A DNA stretch of 64,000 bases, taken from IMG/VR virus record IMGVR_UViG_3300030102_006261, positions 78,161-142,160 of that record; one strand, written 5' to 3'. The stretch is from a virus. Made by a program: the position numbers and the translations under genes. Below are positions 10,449 to 20,601 of the stretch, in pieces. The notes under the pieces are model-generated. The model made no database searches. It was not told where the DNA came from and worked only from the letters and a program-made list of their open reading frames with translations. Position 1 is the stretch's first letter. Each line of letters starts with the position of its first letter.

Positions 10449-11633
10449 ATGCAATTCATAGTTGCCAAAAACATACACGAAAACTTACCAGTTGGTTCTG
10501 TAGTTGAGCAGGTGAATCCAACTGATCCTGATGTCACTATATCATTGGGATTTGGTTTGGGTGAAGTGCATGTAATAAGTGAAGGTGGTGAAATATTTCT
10601 CTTTCAGGGACCTCAAAAAACAATTAAACAGGTTTTAGAGGTTGTCTATGAAAGTAAACCAACAAAAACTTTACCACCAAAAGTTAAGGAATCTGTCACT
10701 AAACCTAAACCAGTTGTGGAGCAAGTTCAAGGTAGACCTGGTGTACCCGGACCTCCCGGTCAGAAGGGAGATCCGGGTGTCATGGGTCCGGAGGGACCGA
10801 GAGGCTTACCCGGTGCTGATGGTGCTGATGGTGCTGATGGCGTGCCCGGCCCACAGGGTGAACAGGGTGAAGTTGGACCACAAGGAGCACAGGGTGAGCC
10901 TGGTGTGCAGGGAGAGCAGGGAATCGCTGGACCTCAAGGTGAACCAGGCGCGCCCGGATCTCCCGGTTTGGATGGGAAAGATGGTGTTGATGGTAAAGAT
11001 GGATTAGACGGCAAAGATGGTGTTGATGGTAAAGATGGTGTTGATGGTAAAGATGGTTTAGACGGCAAAGACGGCACTGATGGTAGAGATGGTATAGACG
11101 GAAAAGCTGGTGCAAAGGGTCAGCGTGGTCCAAAAGGTTCAAAGGGTGATCCGGGTAAGATTGGACCGAAGGGCGATCGAGGTGATGCAGGTGAAAGAGG
11201 AGAAAAGGGAGATGCAGGAAAAGATGGTGAAGCTCCTGTAATGAGAGCTAAATTCCCTCTTAAACTCGAAGAGGATGGTGTGTTGTCATTCGACAGAGTT
11301 TCTTTGGACAACTTACTTCGAGTTAGTTCTGGTACAAACGGTCCTGACTATGCCGCCGTGAATGACTGGTTGGCAGCAGCGGGTGGTGCGGTTGGTATTA
11401 GAAAAGATGGTAATCTTTTAATTAGTTCCGTTAGTGATATGAAGTTTCGTGGTATAAATATGAATGTAACACTACAAGGAAAAGATGTGGATCTAACCTC
11501 TGGTGTGTATATTTCAGACACTGATCCTACCACAGAGGGTGTAGAGACTGTGTCAGGCGAACTTTGGTTTGATACAAGCGGCGGGGGCGGAGTTTTAAGA
11601 ATGAGAAACGTTAACGAATGGTTTGAAATCTAA
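10449..11633 (+). CDS. Collagen-like (Gly-X-Y) virion/fibre protein
   Basis: About 55 uninterrupted Gly-X-Y triplets; C-terminal GELWFDT.G module typical of phage fibres. Confidence 0.85.
   Translation: MQFIVAKNIHENLPVGSVVEQVNPTDPDVTISLGFGLGEVHVISEGGEIFLFQGPQKTIKQVLEVVYESKPTKTLPPKVKESVTKPKPVVEQVQGRPGVPGPPGQKGDPGVMGPEGPRGLPGADGADGADGVPGPQGEQGEVGPQGAQGEPGVQGEQGIAGPQGEPGAPGSPGLDGKDGVDGKDGLDGKDGVDGKDGVDGKDGLDGKDGTDGRDGIDGKAGAKGQRGPKGSKGDPGKIGPKGDRGDAGERGEKGDAGKDGEAPVMRAKFPLKLEEDGVLSFDRVSLDNLLRVSSGTNGPDYAAVNDWLAAAGGAVGIRKDGNLLISSVSDMKFRGINMNVTLQGKDVDLTSGVYISDTDPTTEGVETVSGELWFDTSGGGGVLRMRNVNEWFEI
10731..11232 (+). repeat. Collagen-coding repeat region (9-nt ggtgctgat and 18-nt gatggtgttgatggtaaa-type units)
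   Basis: Tandem near-identical units visible in the DNA. Confidence 0.85.
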
Positions 11634-13036
11634 TGGGTAAAGAAACAATTGCATTTCCAACAACAGGATTAGTCACGAATGTGAGTAAGCACACCATCGG
11701 TACCAAGTCGTGGGTGTGGAATGGTTCTGCGTGGGATAAAGACGAACATGGGCACAGTGGAAATAATGTTGTTGATTCTTTCAACGGTCAAACTGGTGAT
11801 GTGACAGGTGTTGGTTCATTTGATGGTTTGACTGGTAGTGTTCTTGCACGGAACATATTACCACACATTCACCTAGCAGGTATCTCCTCCGATGGTGGAG
11901 CAACCTTTGGTGGTATCGTCAACCACAGTGGTGACGTTAATATTACAGGTGCATTGGACGTAACTGGTAACTCCCACCTCATTGGTGGTATATCTGCTGA
12001 CAGGGGAGCAACACTCAGTGAAATTACTATCGTGGCCGGTAGTGGTATTAAGAACACGAATGATGCACCTAACCTAGCAGTCAAATTCGAAACCGGCAAA
12101 GTAACATTGGGTGACGCCTCGGGTAGTGATGATAACACAACAGTTGTGGTTGATGATGGGAATACAACAATTGAATTGAACTCCCCCACTGTCACAGTCA
12201 GTGAGGACATCGTTCATTCTGGTGACACGAATACTAAACTCACATTCAACACAGATCAGATTAAAACTGATGCTGGTGGAAACACAATAATAGAAGTGAA
12301 CGCTGGTGATTTCAAAGTCCTTACTGGTATATCCGCAGCAGCAGGGGCCACGTTCGCAGGGTTGGTAGAGTCGAGTGGTATATCGTGTGGTACGTCCACA
12401 GTCGGATCGGTTACTATTGGTGGTGGTGTCATGGTAGGTACAGCAACTGTCGCTCTTTTGGCAAACACCGCAACAGCAGCGACTACTGCAACTAACGTTA
12501 GTATATCAGCAGTGGATGATGATACACAATATAGAATTCCTTTTGCAGCAGGTGCAGCAGCAGGAACAGTCGCTCTTGGATTAAAGAGTGACAGTGGTAA
12601 CACATCTGAAGGGCTGTTCTTCCGCCCTGACATCGCAACACTCACAACCGGAACTGTGCAAGCTCTTGGTGTAACTTTAGGTGACAGAGGAATTACGTTT
12701 GCTGATGGAACTGGTATTGTCACCGCCACGAGAACTGATTCATACACTGGACAAATCGAAACTGTATCGGACAAAACATATATCATCGATCCCTCTGCCG
12801 CCACTGACAGAACAATTACCGGGTATTATATCAAATCTGGTGCTGGTACGGTAACAGCAACTCTGAAAAACGCAAACGACACAGTTAAGGCTGCTAGTGT
12901 TGCGACTACAAGCGGTGATCAAAGTTCTTTGGCTAATACCTCCGTGTCCGCAGGTGCAACCATGAGTATTGTTACGTCCAGTAATTCGTCTGCAACTGAT
13001 GTCGTGTTCAGCGTGGAGTATACTACAATATCATGA
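11633..13036 (+). CDS. Tail-fibre-like structural protein
   Basis: G/T/S/A-rich; WVWNGSAW, VDSFNGQTGDV and three GIS..GAT(F/L) repeats. Confidence 0.6.
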   Translation: MGKETIAFPTTGLVTNVSKHTIGTKSWVWNGSAWDKDEHGHSGNNVVDSFNGQTGDVTGVGSFDGLTGSVLARNILPHIHLAGISSDGGATFGGIVNHSGDVNITGALDVTGNSHLIGGISADRGATLSEITIVAGSGIKNTNDAPNLAVKFETGKVTLGDASGSDDNTTVVVDDGNTTIELNSPTVTVSEDIVHSGDTNTKLTFNTDQIKTDAGGNTIIEVNAGDFKVLTGISAAAGATFAGLVESSGISCGTSTVGSVTIGGGVMVGTATVALLANTATAATTATNVSISAVDDDTQYRIPFAAGAAAGTVALGLKSDSGNTSEGLFFRPDIATLTTGTVQALGVTLGDRGITFADGTGIVTATRTDSYTGQIETVSDKTYIIDPSAATDRTITGYYIKSGAGTVTATLKNANDTVKAASVATTSGDQSSLANTSVSAGATMSIVTSSNSSATDVVFSVEYTTIS

Positions 13037-13494
13037 GCCCCAAATGGTTATTTTTTCCTGCACCAGCACCAGATCAATACATCTATACATTCAATACTGA
13101 TAGATCAGTTGTTCGCGGTTCCGCATCACCCACCGCCAGGAAGCAAACAGCAGTCGGTACAGAAAGTGGAACTCTAGTGGATCAATTCGCTCCATTTGCT
13201 ACCAACACTCAAATACAGTTGTCGATCCCAAACAGAATTACATTTAAAGTTCAGAGTAACGATACGTCTACGCCGGGGTTTGAAAACACCACGAACATAG
13301 CAAACAATATAACGGCTTGCACTCTTACTGTGGGAGGTAATACGTTTACTCCAGAGTCGATAACAATAGGCGGGAATAACACCAAACCACAATTTCAAAT
13401 GAACACCACTGATGGCTCCGCTAGTACATTTTATAGTGACAACAACCTTGATGACACTGACAACATAGATATTGTCATGACACTAACATTCTAA
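13033..13494 (+). CDS. Hypothetical beta-rich protein (fibre-associated)
   Basis: ATGA-coupled to the fibre gene; T/N-rich. Confidence 0.55.
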   Translation: MSPKWLFFPAPAPDQYIYTFNTDRSVVRGSASPTARKQTAVGTESGTLVDQFAPFATNTQIQLSIPNRITFKVQSNDTSTPGFENTTNIANNITACTLTVGGNTFTPESITIGGNNTKPQFQMNTTDGSASTFYSDNNLDDTDNIDIVMTLTF

Positions 13495-13505
13495 AGGTAG
13501 ATAAG

Positions 13506-14030
13506 ATGACAGAAATTAGATACGAAGTGAATGTTCCAAATGGGGTCTCTGGTAACTTTAAGGTGGTTGGTGGGGACGAGACAGTTCTCTACCAAAACAT
13601 CGGTGATAAGTGGATGAACATAATGGATGACAGTGAACTTGAAGCAGAACAAGCGACCGCATTTCTGTCTGCTGCAACTGGTGATGTTTTACTCGCTGGA
13701 CTGGGGTTGGGTATGGTCTTACAGCCGCTGATCGATAATCGAAATGTGACGAGTATTACCATCATAGAAAAATATCAAGAAGTCATTGATTTGGTTTCGC
13801 CTCATGTTGTTTCCTCGAAGACAATTAATATTATAAATGATGATATCTATACTTGGACACCAGACAAAAATTATGATGTGGCGTGGTTTGACTCTTACGT
13901 CTACCCACAGGATGGTGATGAGCCTCTTGGGGATTATCTTATTGACATGACAAACAAATATAGAACAGTTGTTGGATCAGCATATTTTTGGCCCGGTGGT
14001 TCCGTAATCACTGGCCATCGTGCTTGGTAA
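13506..14030 (+). CDS. Class I SAM-dependent methyltransferase (spermidine-synthase-like fold)
   Basis: VLLAGLGLG, ITIIEK..EVI, IINDDI, YDVAWFD. Confidence 0.75.
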   Translation: MTEIRYEVNVPNGVSGNFKVVGGDETVLYQNIGDKWMNIMDDSELEAEQATAFLSAATGDVLLAGLGLGMVLQPLIDNRNVTSITIIEKYQEVIDLVSPHVVSSKTINIINDDIYTWTPDKNYDVAWFDSYVYPQDGDEPLGDYLIDMTNKYRTVVGSAYFWPGGSVITGHRAW

Positions 14031-14037
14031 AATATAC

Positions 14038-14065
14038 TTGACTTTTGATACGAGAATGCTATTAT
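14038..14065 (+). promoter_or_regulatory. Sigma70-type promoter for leaderless dUTPase mRNA
   Basis: TTGACT-16nt-TATTAT with TG extension, 6 nt before ATG 14072, no SD. Confidence 0.7.
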
Positions 14066-14071
14066 AACTAC

Positions 14072-14626
14072 ATGCAAATACACAAACTTTATCCTAACGT
14101 AATCGTGCCCAAGCGACAGACGGATCTTTCGGCTTGCTACGATATTCACGCACATCTAAGAAGCGGTGTTATCTCGGAGGACAGAACACCTGAATTCAGA
14201 AAGATCAAAATGATTGATCGAATGAATCATGCAATTGAAATTATGCCGGAAACCACATGGGATAGTGATATGCCACACACTACCATTACAATTCCAGCTA
14301 ATACTCGTGCGCTGATTCCCACAGGTATCATCTTCGATGTTGAACCAGAATATTCAATTCGTATGCATCCAAGATCAGGTCTATCTTGGAAGCATGGTGT
14401 TACCATGATCAATTGTGAGGGTGTGATCGATGCAGATTACAGTGAAGAAGTCTTTATCCCACTGTTTAACGTGTCTGAGGCACCATACACAATTGAACAC
14501 GGAGATAGGATTGCACAGTTTGAAATTGTTCGATATTATGATACAGTTACGTATCTTACTGTAACTGAAGCAGAAGCAAAGAGAAAAACAAATCGAGTCG
14601 GCGGATTCGGATCAACAGGAGTATAA
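14072..14626 (+). CDS. dut: Trimeric dUTPase
   Basis: ACYDI, PRSGLS, GVIDADY, GDRIAQ, RVGGFGSTG. Confidence 0.93.
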   Translation: MQIHKLYPNVIVPKRQTDLSACYDIHAHLRSGVISEDRTPEFRKIKMIDRMNHAIEIMPETTWDSDMPHTTITIPANTRALIPTGIIFDVEPEYSIRMHPRSGLSWKHGVTMINCEGVIDADYSEEVFIPLFNVSEAPYTIEHGDRIAQFEIVRYYDTVTYLTVTEAEAKRKTNRVGGFGSTGV

Positions 14627-14629
14627 ATT

Positions 14630-15124
14630 ATGAATCGCGATGAGTTACTGAAGTTTCACGCATCGGTGTGTGAAGACGCTAGAAATCTTATGAAGCTTAA
14701 GAATCGTGACTATGCTGGGAACGGTGGAACAGAGCCTTTTGCTAATTTTACTAGGTGTGAAGCGATGGGTGTATGTCAGACTGAAGCTGGTATTCTTGTT
14801 CGGGTAATCGATAAGATTAGTCGAATGAGTTCTTTTCTTGAATCTGGTAAGATGCATGTCGAAGATGAGAGTTTTTATGACGCGATGATTGATGTTGTAA
14901 ACTACATGGTTCTTCTTGGTGCTTATGTGCAAGACAAGGATAAATCAGCAAATGCCGAGACGCTTCCCGGTAGTCTGGTGAAAAATTGGTCTTATGGTGA
15001 GGAGGATCTAACTCCAAAGGAAGTAGTGTCTACCATGGACACACACCTTAGTTCTACAGTATCGATGTATGACGAAGAGACTAAAGATTTACCAAGAGAA
15101 ACCATTTTTCATCACCAAGTTTAA
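14630..15124 (+). CDS. DUF1599/nucleotide-modification-associated (MazG-like helical) protein
   Basis: KNRDYA..PFANF..GILVRVIDKISRM..ESFYDAMIDVVNY pattern. Confidence 0.6.
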   Translation: MNRDELLKFHASVCEDARNLMKLKNRDYAGNGGTEPFANFTRCEAMGVCQTEAGILVRVIDKISRMSSFLESGKMHVEDESFYDAMIDVVNYMVLLGAYVQDKDKSANAETLPGSLVKNWSYGEEDLTPKEVVSTMDTHLSSTVSMYDEETKDLPRETIFHHQV

Positions 15125-15126
15125 AT

Positions 15127-17649
15127 ATGCAAAATTTTTATACTAATGTTTCGCTAGTTGGGGATGGTATTCTCTATCGGGCGGTGGAGAACGGTGTATC
15201 CGTGAAGAGAGTTGTCAAGTATCAACCAACTCTCTTTGTTCCATCCAATAAAGAAACTAAATTCAAAACTCTTGATGGAAAGTTTGTTGAACCAATAAAT
15301 CCTGGTCATATTTCCGATTGTCGTGAGTTTGTAAACAAGTACAAAGATATTCCTAATTTTAATATTCATGGCAACACAGACTACGTTTATCAGTACATTG
15401 GTGACGAATTCGCAGATGAGGTTGACTATGATATGAATAAGATCGTAGTCGCTCATATCGATATCGAAACTCAATGTGAGCACGGGTTCCCCCAAGTCGA
15501 TGATCCTCAAGAGGAAGTGATTGGTATTACACTTTCTGTTAATCGTAAAAAGTATGTTTTAGGATTGGGTGATTTTAACATTGATGGTGTTGATTGTAGA
15601 AACTATGAACACGAGGAAGATCTTCTTGCCGACTTCTTAGATATTTGGAAGAGTGAACACCCAGACATCGTGACTGGTTGGAACATTAAGTTCTTTGATA
15701 TTCCATACCTTGTCCAGAGAATGAACAAACTTCTTTCCCCGATGGAAACATCTAATCTATCACCTTGGAAAAAGATTCGTGAAAAATTTATTGAGAGATC
15801 AAGTAAAAAGCATCGAACATTTCAAATTCTTGGTGTGTCTATCCTTGATTATCTGGATTTGTATAAAACATTCACATATACAAATCAGGAGTCATATAGA
15901 CTTGATCATATTGCTTTTGTTGAACTTGGAGAACGAAAGTTGGATTATGGTCAATATGAGACTATTCGAGATTTTTATCGAAATGATTTTCAGAAGTTTA
16001 TGGAATATAATGTTCGAGATGTTGAACTGATTGAAATGCTCGAAGATAAGATGAAACTCCTAGAACTCGCACTTGCACTCGCCTATTCTGCAAAGGTCAA
16101 TTATGAGGATGTCTTCTCACAAGTGCGAACTTGGGATCAAATTATCTACCACCACCTGAGAAAGGATAATATCGTAATCCCACCCAAGAAGGGTGGTAAG
16201 AAAGATGAGCAGTACGTTGGAGCATATGTTAAGGATCCGATCACGGGTATGCATGACTGGATTGTTTCTTTTGACTTGAATAGTCTGTACCCTCACCTAA
16301 TCATGCAGTATAACATCAGCCCGGAAACTATGATCCATCAAATGCAGGATCATATTATCACACCCAATGCTATTCTTGGTGAGCAATCCAACCATTTGAA
16401 GCAAGCGTTAAAAAAGCACACCGATAAAAATTATTCGGTGGCGGCAAACGGTACTTGTTACAGCCGAGATACTCGTGGGTTCCTTCCAAAGCTTATGTCT
16501 AAGATGTATGACGAACGTAAAGCGTACAAGAAGAAGATGATCGAGTGTCAGAAACAAAAAGAAAAAGATCCCAGCAATAAGAAGCTCGACTTTGAGATTG
16601 CAAAATACAATAACTTCCAGATGGTTCGTAAGATTCAATTGAACTCAGCTTATGGTGCAATCGGAAATCAGTACTTCCGGTATTACGCCACTGATATGGC
16701 TGAAGCAATTACAACTTCTGGTCAATTAAGCATTCGGTGGATCGCGGACAAACTCAATGAATTTTTAAATTCTACTGTTGGAACAGACGGATACGATTAT
16801 GTTGTTGCATCAGATACAGATTCAGTTTATATTCGTCTTGGTAAATTGGTGGATAAGTTTTTAGATAAAGACTCTGTTGACACGGATAGAATTATTAAAT
16901 TCTTGGATGACAGTTCTGAAAAAATCATTCAACCTTTCATTGACAAGCAATATGACGAACTATGTAAAATGATGAACGCATATGAAAACAAAATGCAGAT
17001 GGGTAGGGAGGTTATTGCGGAGAGAGGTGTTTGGACCGCCAAGAAACGATATGCTCTTAACGTTTGGGACTCTGAAGGTGTTCGTTACGAGAGTCCAAAA
17101 CTCAAGATCATGGGGATTGAAACCACTAGAAGTTCAACTCCGGCAGTTGTGAGACAAAAACTAAAAGAGGCAATCCGTCTTATTCTAACCACGGATGAAA
17201 AGTCTATACAAAATTTTGTGCATGATTTCCATGAATACTTCTTTGCTCTAGATCCAGATGAAATCGCCTTCCCTCGAAGTGTTTCTAATCTGGAGAAGTA
17301 CTCTTCTTCTTCTGACATCTACAAAAAGGCTACACCAATCGCAGTTAAGGGATCACTAATTTACAATCATTTCATAGAGGGTAAAAACTTATCATCCAAG
17401 TATGAAAAAATTCAAGAGGGTGATAAAATTAAGTTCATCTATCTAAAAGAACCAAATCCAATTGGTGGTGGTAGAGGTGATAAGGTAATATCTTTCCCAA
17501 CAAAATTACCAAAAGAACTAGATTTACACAGGTTTGTAGATTATGATAAGCAATTCAACACGAGTTTCTTGGATCCACTTGAGAATATTCTAAATGTGGT
17601 TGATTGGAAGTCCAAACAGGAAGCTTCTTTGGAGGATTTTTTCTCATGA
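15127..17649 (+). CDS. gp43: Family B DNA polymerase, T4 gp43-like
   Basis: ExoI DIET, GWNIKFFDIPY, SFDLNSLYP, KIQLNSAYG, SDTDS, KKRY; no intein seen. Confidence 0.97.
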   Translation: MQNFYTNVSLVGDGILYRAVENGVSVKRVVKYQPTLFVPSNKETKFKTLDGKFVEPINPGHISDCREFVNKYKDIPNFNIHGNTDYVYQYIGDEFADEVDYDMNKIVVAHIDIETQCEHGFPQVDDPQEEVIGITLSVNRKKYVLGLGDFNIDGVDCRNYEHEEDLLADFLDIWKSEHPDIVTGWNIKFFDIPYLVQRMNKLLSPMETSNLSPWKKIREKFIERSSKKHRTFQILGVSILDYLDLYKTFTYTNQESYRLDHIAFVELGERKLDYGQYETIRDFYRNDFQKFMEYNVRDVELIEMLEDKMKLLELALALAYSAKVNYEDVFSQVRTWDQIIYHHLRKDNIVIPPKKGGKKDEQYVGAYVKDPITGMHDWIVSFDLNSLYPHLIMQYNISPETMIHQMQDHIITPNAILGEQSNHLKQALKKHTDKNYSVAANGTCYSRDTRGFLPKLMSKMYDERKAYKKKMIECQKQKEKDPSNKKLDFEIAKYNNFQMVRKIQLNSAYGAIGNQYFRYYATDMAEAITTSGQLSIRWIADKLNEFLNSTVGTDGYDYVVASDTDSVYIRLGKLVDKFLDKDSVDTDRIIKFLDDSSEKIIQPFIDKQYDELCKMMNAYENKMQMGREVIAERGVWTAKKRYALNVWDSEGVRYESPKLKIMGIETTRSSTPAVVRQKLKEAIRLILTTDEKSIQNFVHDFHEYFFALDPDEIAFPRSVSNLEKYSSSSDIYKKATPIAVKGSLIYNHFIEGKNLSSKYEKIQEGDKIKFIYLKEPNPIGGGRGDKVISFPTKLPKELDLHRFVDYDKQFNTSFLDPLENILNVVDWKSKQEASLEDFFS

Positions 17650-17837
17650 AAATAGAGATTACATCGCAAGAATTGGAAAAGATGAAAAGTGTGATAGATA
17701 AATTATACCAAAATTACAGTGAACAAATTAGACAAGCTTACGCAGATGAAAACACACCGATAAAAGAAATAAATCGACTTAATGGTGAGAGAGATGATCT
17801 CAAGCCAATTTTAGAGATGCTTAAAAGACATAGATAG
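17646..17837 (+). CDS. Small hypothetical protein
   Basis: ATGA overlap with gp43 stop; GGAGG SD upstream. Confidence 0.6.
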   Translation: MKIEITSQELEKMKSVIDKLYQNYSEQIRQAYADENTPIKEINRLNGERDDLKPILEMLKRHR

Positions 17838-17845
17838 GAGATAAA

Positions 17846-18910
17846 ATGGATCAATTTTTAAATGATTTTGTAAAAGAGAGCGGTAACAAATACGCTAATG
17901 TGGTTTGTGATGGTCTGGAAGGAGCCGATGTTGATGGATTTGTTGATACTGGATCTTTCGCTTTTAATGCTCTGCTCTCTGGGAGTATTTACGGCGGAAT
18001 TCCTAATAATAAAATCATCGCAATCGCCGGGGAGTCTGCCACAGGAAAGACTTATTTCACGCTTGGGATCGTGCATAAGTTTCTTTCTGACAATCCTAGC
18101 GGGGTGGTATTGTATTTTGATACTGAGCAAGCTGTAACTTCGAGCATGTTTACTGATCGTGGAGTCGATTCTAGTAGAGTGGCAGTTTTCCCTGTTGCAA
18201 CGATTGAAGACTTCCGACATCAAGCGATCAAGATTGTTGACAAGTATCTGGAACTTCCTAAGTCTGAGAGAAAGCCGATGCTAATCTGTCTCGACTCACT
18301 TGGGATGTTGAGCACTGATAAGGAGATCGTTGATACCGCAGAGGGTAAAGGAACCCGAGATATGACTCGCGCACAGATGATCAAGTCCACATTTCGTGTG
18401 TTGACCATCAAGCTGGGTAAAGCTGGTATTCCTCTTATCCTCACTAACCACACTTACGATGTGATTGGTTCCATGTTCCCCCAAAAGGAAATGGGTGGTG
18501 GATCTGGTCTCAAATACGCTGCCTCTACCATCGTTTATCTTTCGAAGAAGAAGCTAAAGGAGGGGACAGATGTGATTGGTAATATTATTCACTGTAAGTT
18601 GTACAAGAGTAGGTTCACAAAAGAAAACTCTATGATTGATGTGATGTTGAACTATGATGAGGGTCTTAACCCATACTATGGTTTAATTGATCTCGCTCTG
18701 AAGTATGATCTAGTGAGTAAAGTTTCAAATAGAATTCAATTTAAGGATGGTAGCAAGGTATATGAAAAGCAAATCTACAAGAACCCAGAAAAATACTTTT
18801 CTGAAGATTTTATGCAAGAACTGGATAGAGTCGCACAGAGAGAATTTAGATATGGAAAAGATGATTCGGGAAGTTATAGTGAAGGGGTGGAGGACCAGAA
18901 CGATGGATGA
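17846..18910 (+). CDS. uvsX: UvsX/RecA-like recombinase
   Basis: GESATGKT Walker [26 protein letters not shown]. Confidence 0.95.
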   Translation: MDQFLNDFVKESGNKYANVVCDGLEGADVDGFVDTGSFAFNALLSGSIYGGIPNNKIIAIAGESATGKTYFTLGIVHKFLSDNPSGVVLYFDTEQAVTSSMFTDRGVDSSRVAVFPVATIEDFRHQAIKIVDKYLELPKSERKPMLICLDSLGMLSTDKEIVDTAEGKGTRDMTRAQMIKSTFRVLTIKLGKAGIPLILTNHTYDVIGSMFPQKEMGGGSGLKYAASTIVYLSKKKLKEGTDVIGNIIHCKLYKSRFTKENSMIDVMLNYDEGLNPYYGLIDLALKYDLVSKVSNRIQFKDGSKVYEKQIYKNPEKYFSEDFMQELDRVAQREFRYGKDDSGSYSEGVEDQNDG

Positions 18911-19211
18911 TAATACAGGCTTTAGGTATGTGGATGAGCATACGGATGGTAATATCCCGGTCGAAATAACTGAGGGTAAGTTTAAGGGATTTCAATTTAG
19001 ATATGATGGTGTCTACTTTGAAGAGAAGGACGAAGAGTTGCATTTCAACTATGATTATGATATAGTGAAGAATGAACAGGACTTCGACGAGGATGATCCA
19101 GAACTAAAGAAAGCCATGAATAATATTCTGTTTCAGGTTTTAGATGAACAGCTTTCAATGGTTGGTGAAGAAGAGGAACTTTTACGGGAGACTAATGACG
19201 AAGACTCTTGA
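18903..19211 (+). CDS. Small acidic protein at the T4 gp40 position
   Basis: Lies between uvsX and gp41; [18 protein letters not shown] pattern. Confidence 0.6.
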   Translation: MDDNTGFRYVDEHTDGNIPVEITEGKFKGFQFRYDGVYFEEKDEELHFNYDYDIVKNEQDFDEDDPELKKAMNNILFQVLDEQLSMVGEEEELLRETNDEDS

Positions 19212-20601
19212 AAAAATCATACTACAGAATCTTTTGTACAACGAAGATTATTCTAGGAAAGTTGCTCCGTTTTTAAAGACGGAGTATTTCCATGACAGAA
19301 GCGAAAGAATAATTTTTGAGATAGCTCAAGGTTTTATATTGAATTATAATAACTTACCCACAAAAGAAATAATTACCATTGAGGTGGATAAACTTAAGAC
19401 AATAACCGAAGAGGATTTCAAAAACATACAAAATATTTTGACCGATCTCTGTGAGGAGGACGTTGATTTTTCATGGTTAGTTGAGCAGACTGAAAACTTC
19501 TGTAAGGACAAAGCGGTTTACAACGCGATTATGGAATCAATTCACATAATCGATGGTGAATCTAAGACTCAAAACTCTAATGCAATACCTGAAATTCTTT
19601 CAGATGCTCTCGCTGTATCTTTTGACACACACGTTGGACATGATTATCTAGAGGACTCAGATGATCGATTTGATTTTTATCATCGTGTTGAAAAGAAAGT
19701 CCCATTTGATCTAGAATACTTTAACACAATCACTGCCGGTGGTACACCTCAGAAAACTCTTAATATTATCATGGCTGGGACTGGTGTTGGTAAATCTTTG
19801 TTTTTGTGTCATCATGCTGCAAACTGTCTGTCACAAAACAACAATGTATTGTACATAACATGTGAGATGGCAGAGGAGAGGATCGCAGAAAGAATTGATG
19901 CTAATCTTTTTGACATGACCATTGATGATGTGCAGGATTTACCTAAGTCCATTTATAGCAAAAAGTTGGAGACGTTAAAGTCTACTATTAAGGGTAAGTT
20001 GATTGTCAAAGAATATCCTACTGCAACTGCGAACGTAAATCACTTCCGCGCTCTCCTTGATGAGTTATGGATGAAAAAGCAATTCAAACCAGATATCATT
20101 TTCATTGACTACTTGAATATTTGTGCCTCTGCTAGACTTAAAAATGGAAATAACGTTAACTCTTATAGCTACATAAAGGCGATAGCAGAGGAACTGCGTG
20201 GGATGGCCGTGGAAAGATCAGTGCCCATATTTTCAGCGACTCAGGTTAACCGTGGTGGTTTTAATAACACTGATGTTGGCTTAGAGGATACGTCTGAATC
20301 TTTCGGGTTACCCGCAACGGCAGACTTTATGATAGCATTAATTTCAACAGAGGAACTGGAAGAATTGAATCAGATCATGGTGAAACAACTTAAGAATCGC
20401 TATAATGACGTAGCGAGTAATAAGAAGTTTCTTCTCGGAATCAACCGAGGCAAAATGAAATTGTATGACGTTGATCATGGATCCGGTGAATTAGTTCAGT
20501 CAAATCAAACCGATAGTCATGATAATGGTAATGGGTTTAACGGAAAAAATTTCGATTCTAAATTTCAAAGTAGTTCTAAATTTGAAAGTTGGAGTATATA
20601 A
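19195..20601 (+). CDS. gp41: Replicative DnaB-like helicase, T4 gp41
   Basis: AGTGVGKS, EMAEERIAERIDAN, IDYLNIC, SESFGLPATAD, QLKNRY. Confidence 0.95.
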   Translation: MTKTLEKIILQNLLYNEDYSRKVAPFLKTEYFHDRSERIIFEIAQGFILNYNNLPTKEIITIEVDKLKTITEEDFKNIQNILTDLCEEDVDFSWLVEQTENFCKDKAVYNAIMESIHIIDGESKTQNSNAIPEILSDALAVSFDTHVGHDYLEDSDDRFDFYHRVEKKVPFDLEYFNTITAGGTPQKTLNIIMAGTGVGKSLFLCHHAANCLSQNNNVLYITCEMAEERIAERIDANLFDMTIDDVQDLPKSIYSKKLETLKSTIKGKLIVKEYPTATANVNHFRALLDELWMKKQFKPDIIFIDYLNICASARLKNGNNVNSYSYIKAIAEELRGMAVERSVPIFSATQVNRGGFNNTDVGLEDTSESFGLPATADFMIALISTEELEELNQIMVKQLKNRYNDVASNKKFLLGINRGKMKLYDVDHGSGELVQSNQTDSHDNGNGFNGKNFDSKFQSSSKFESWSI

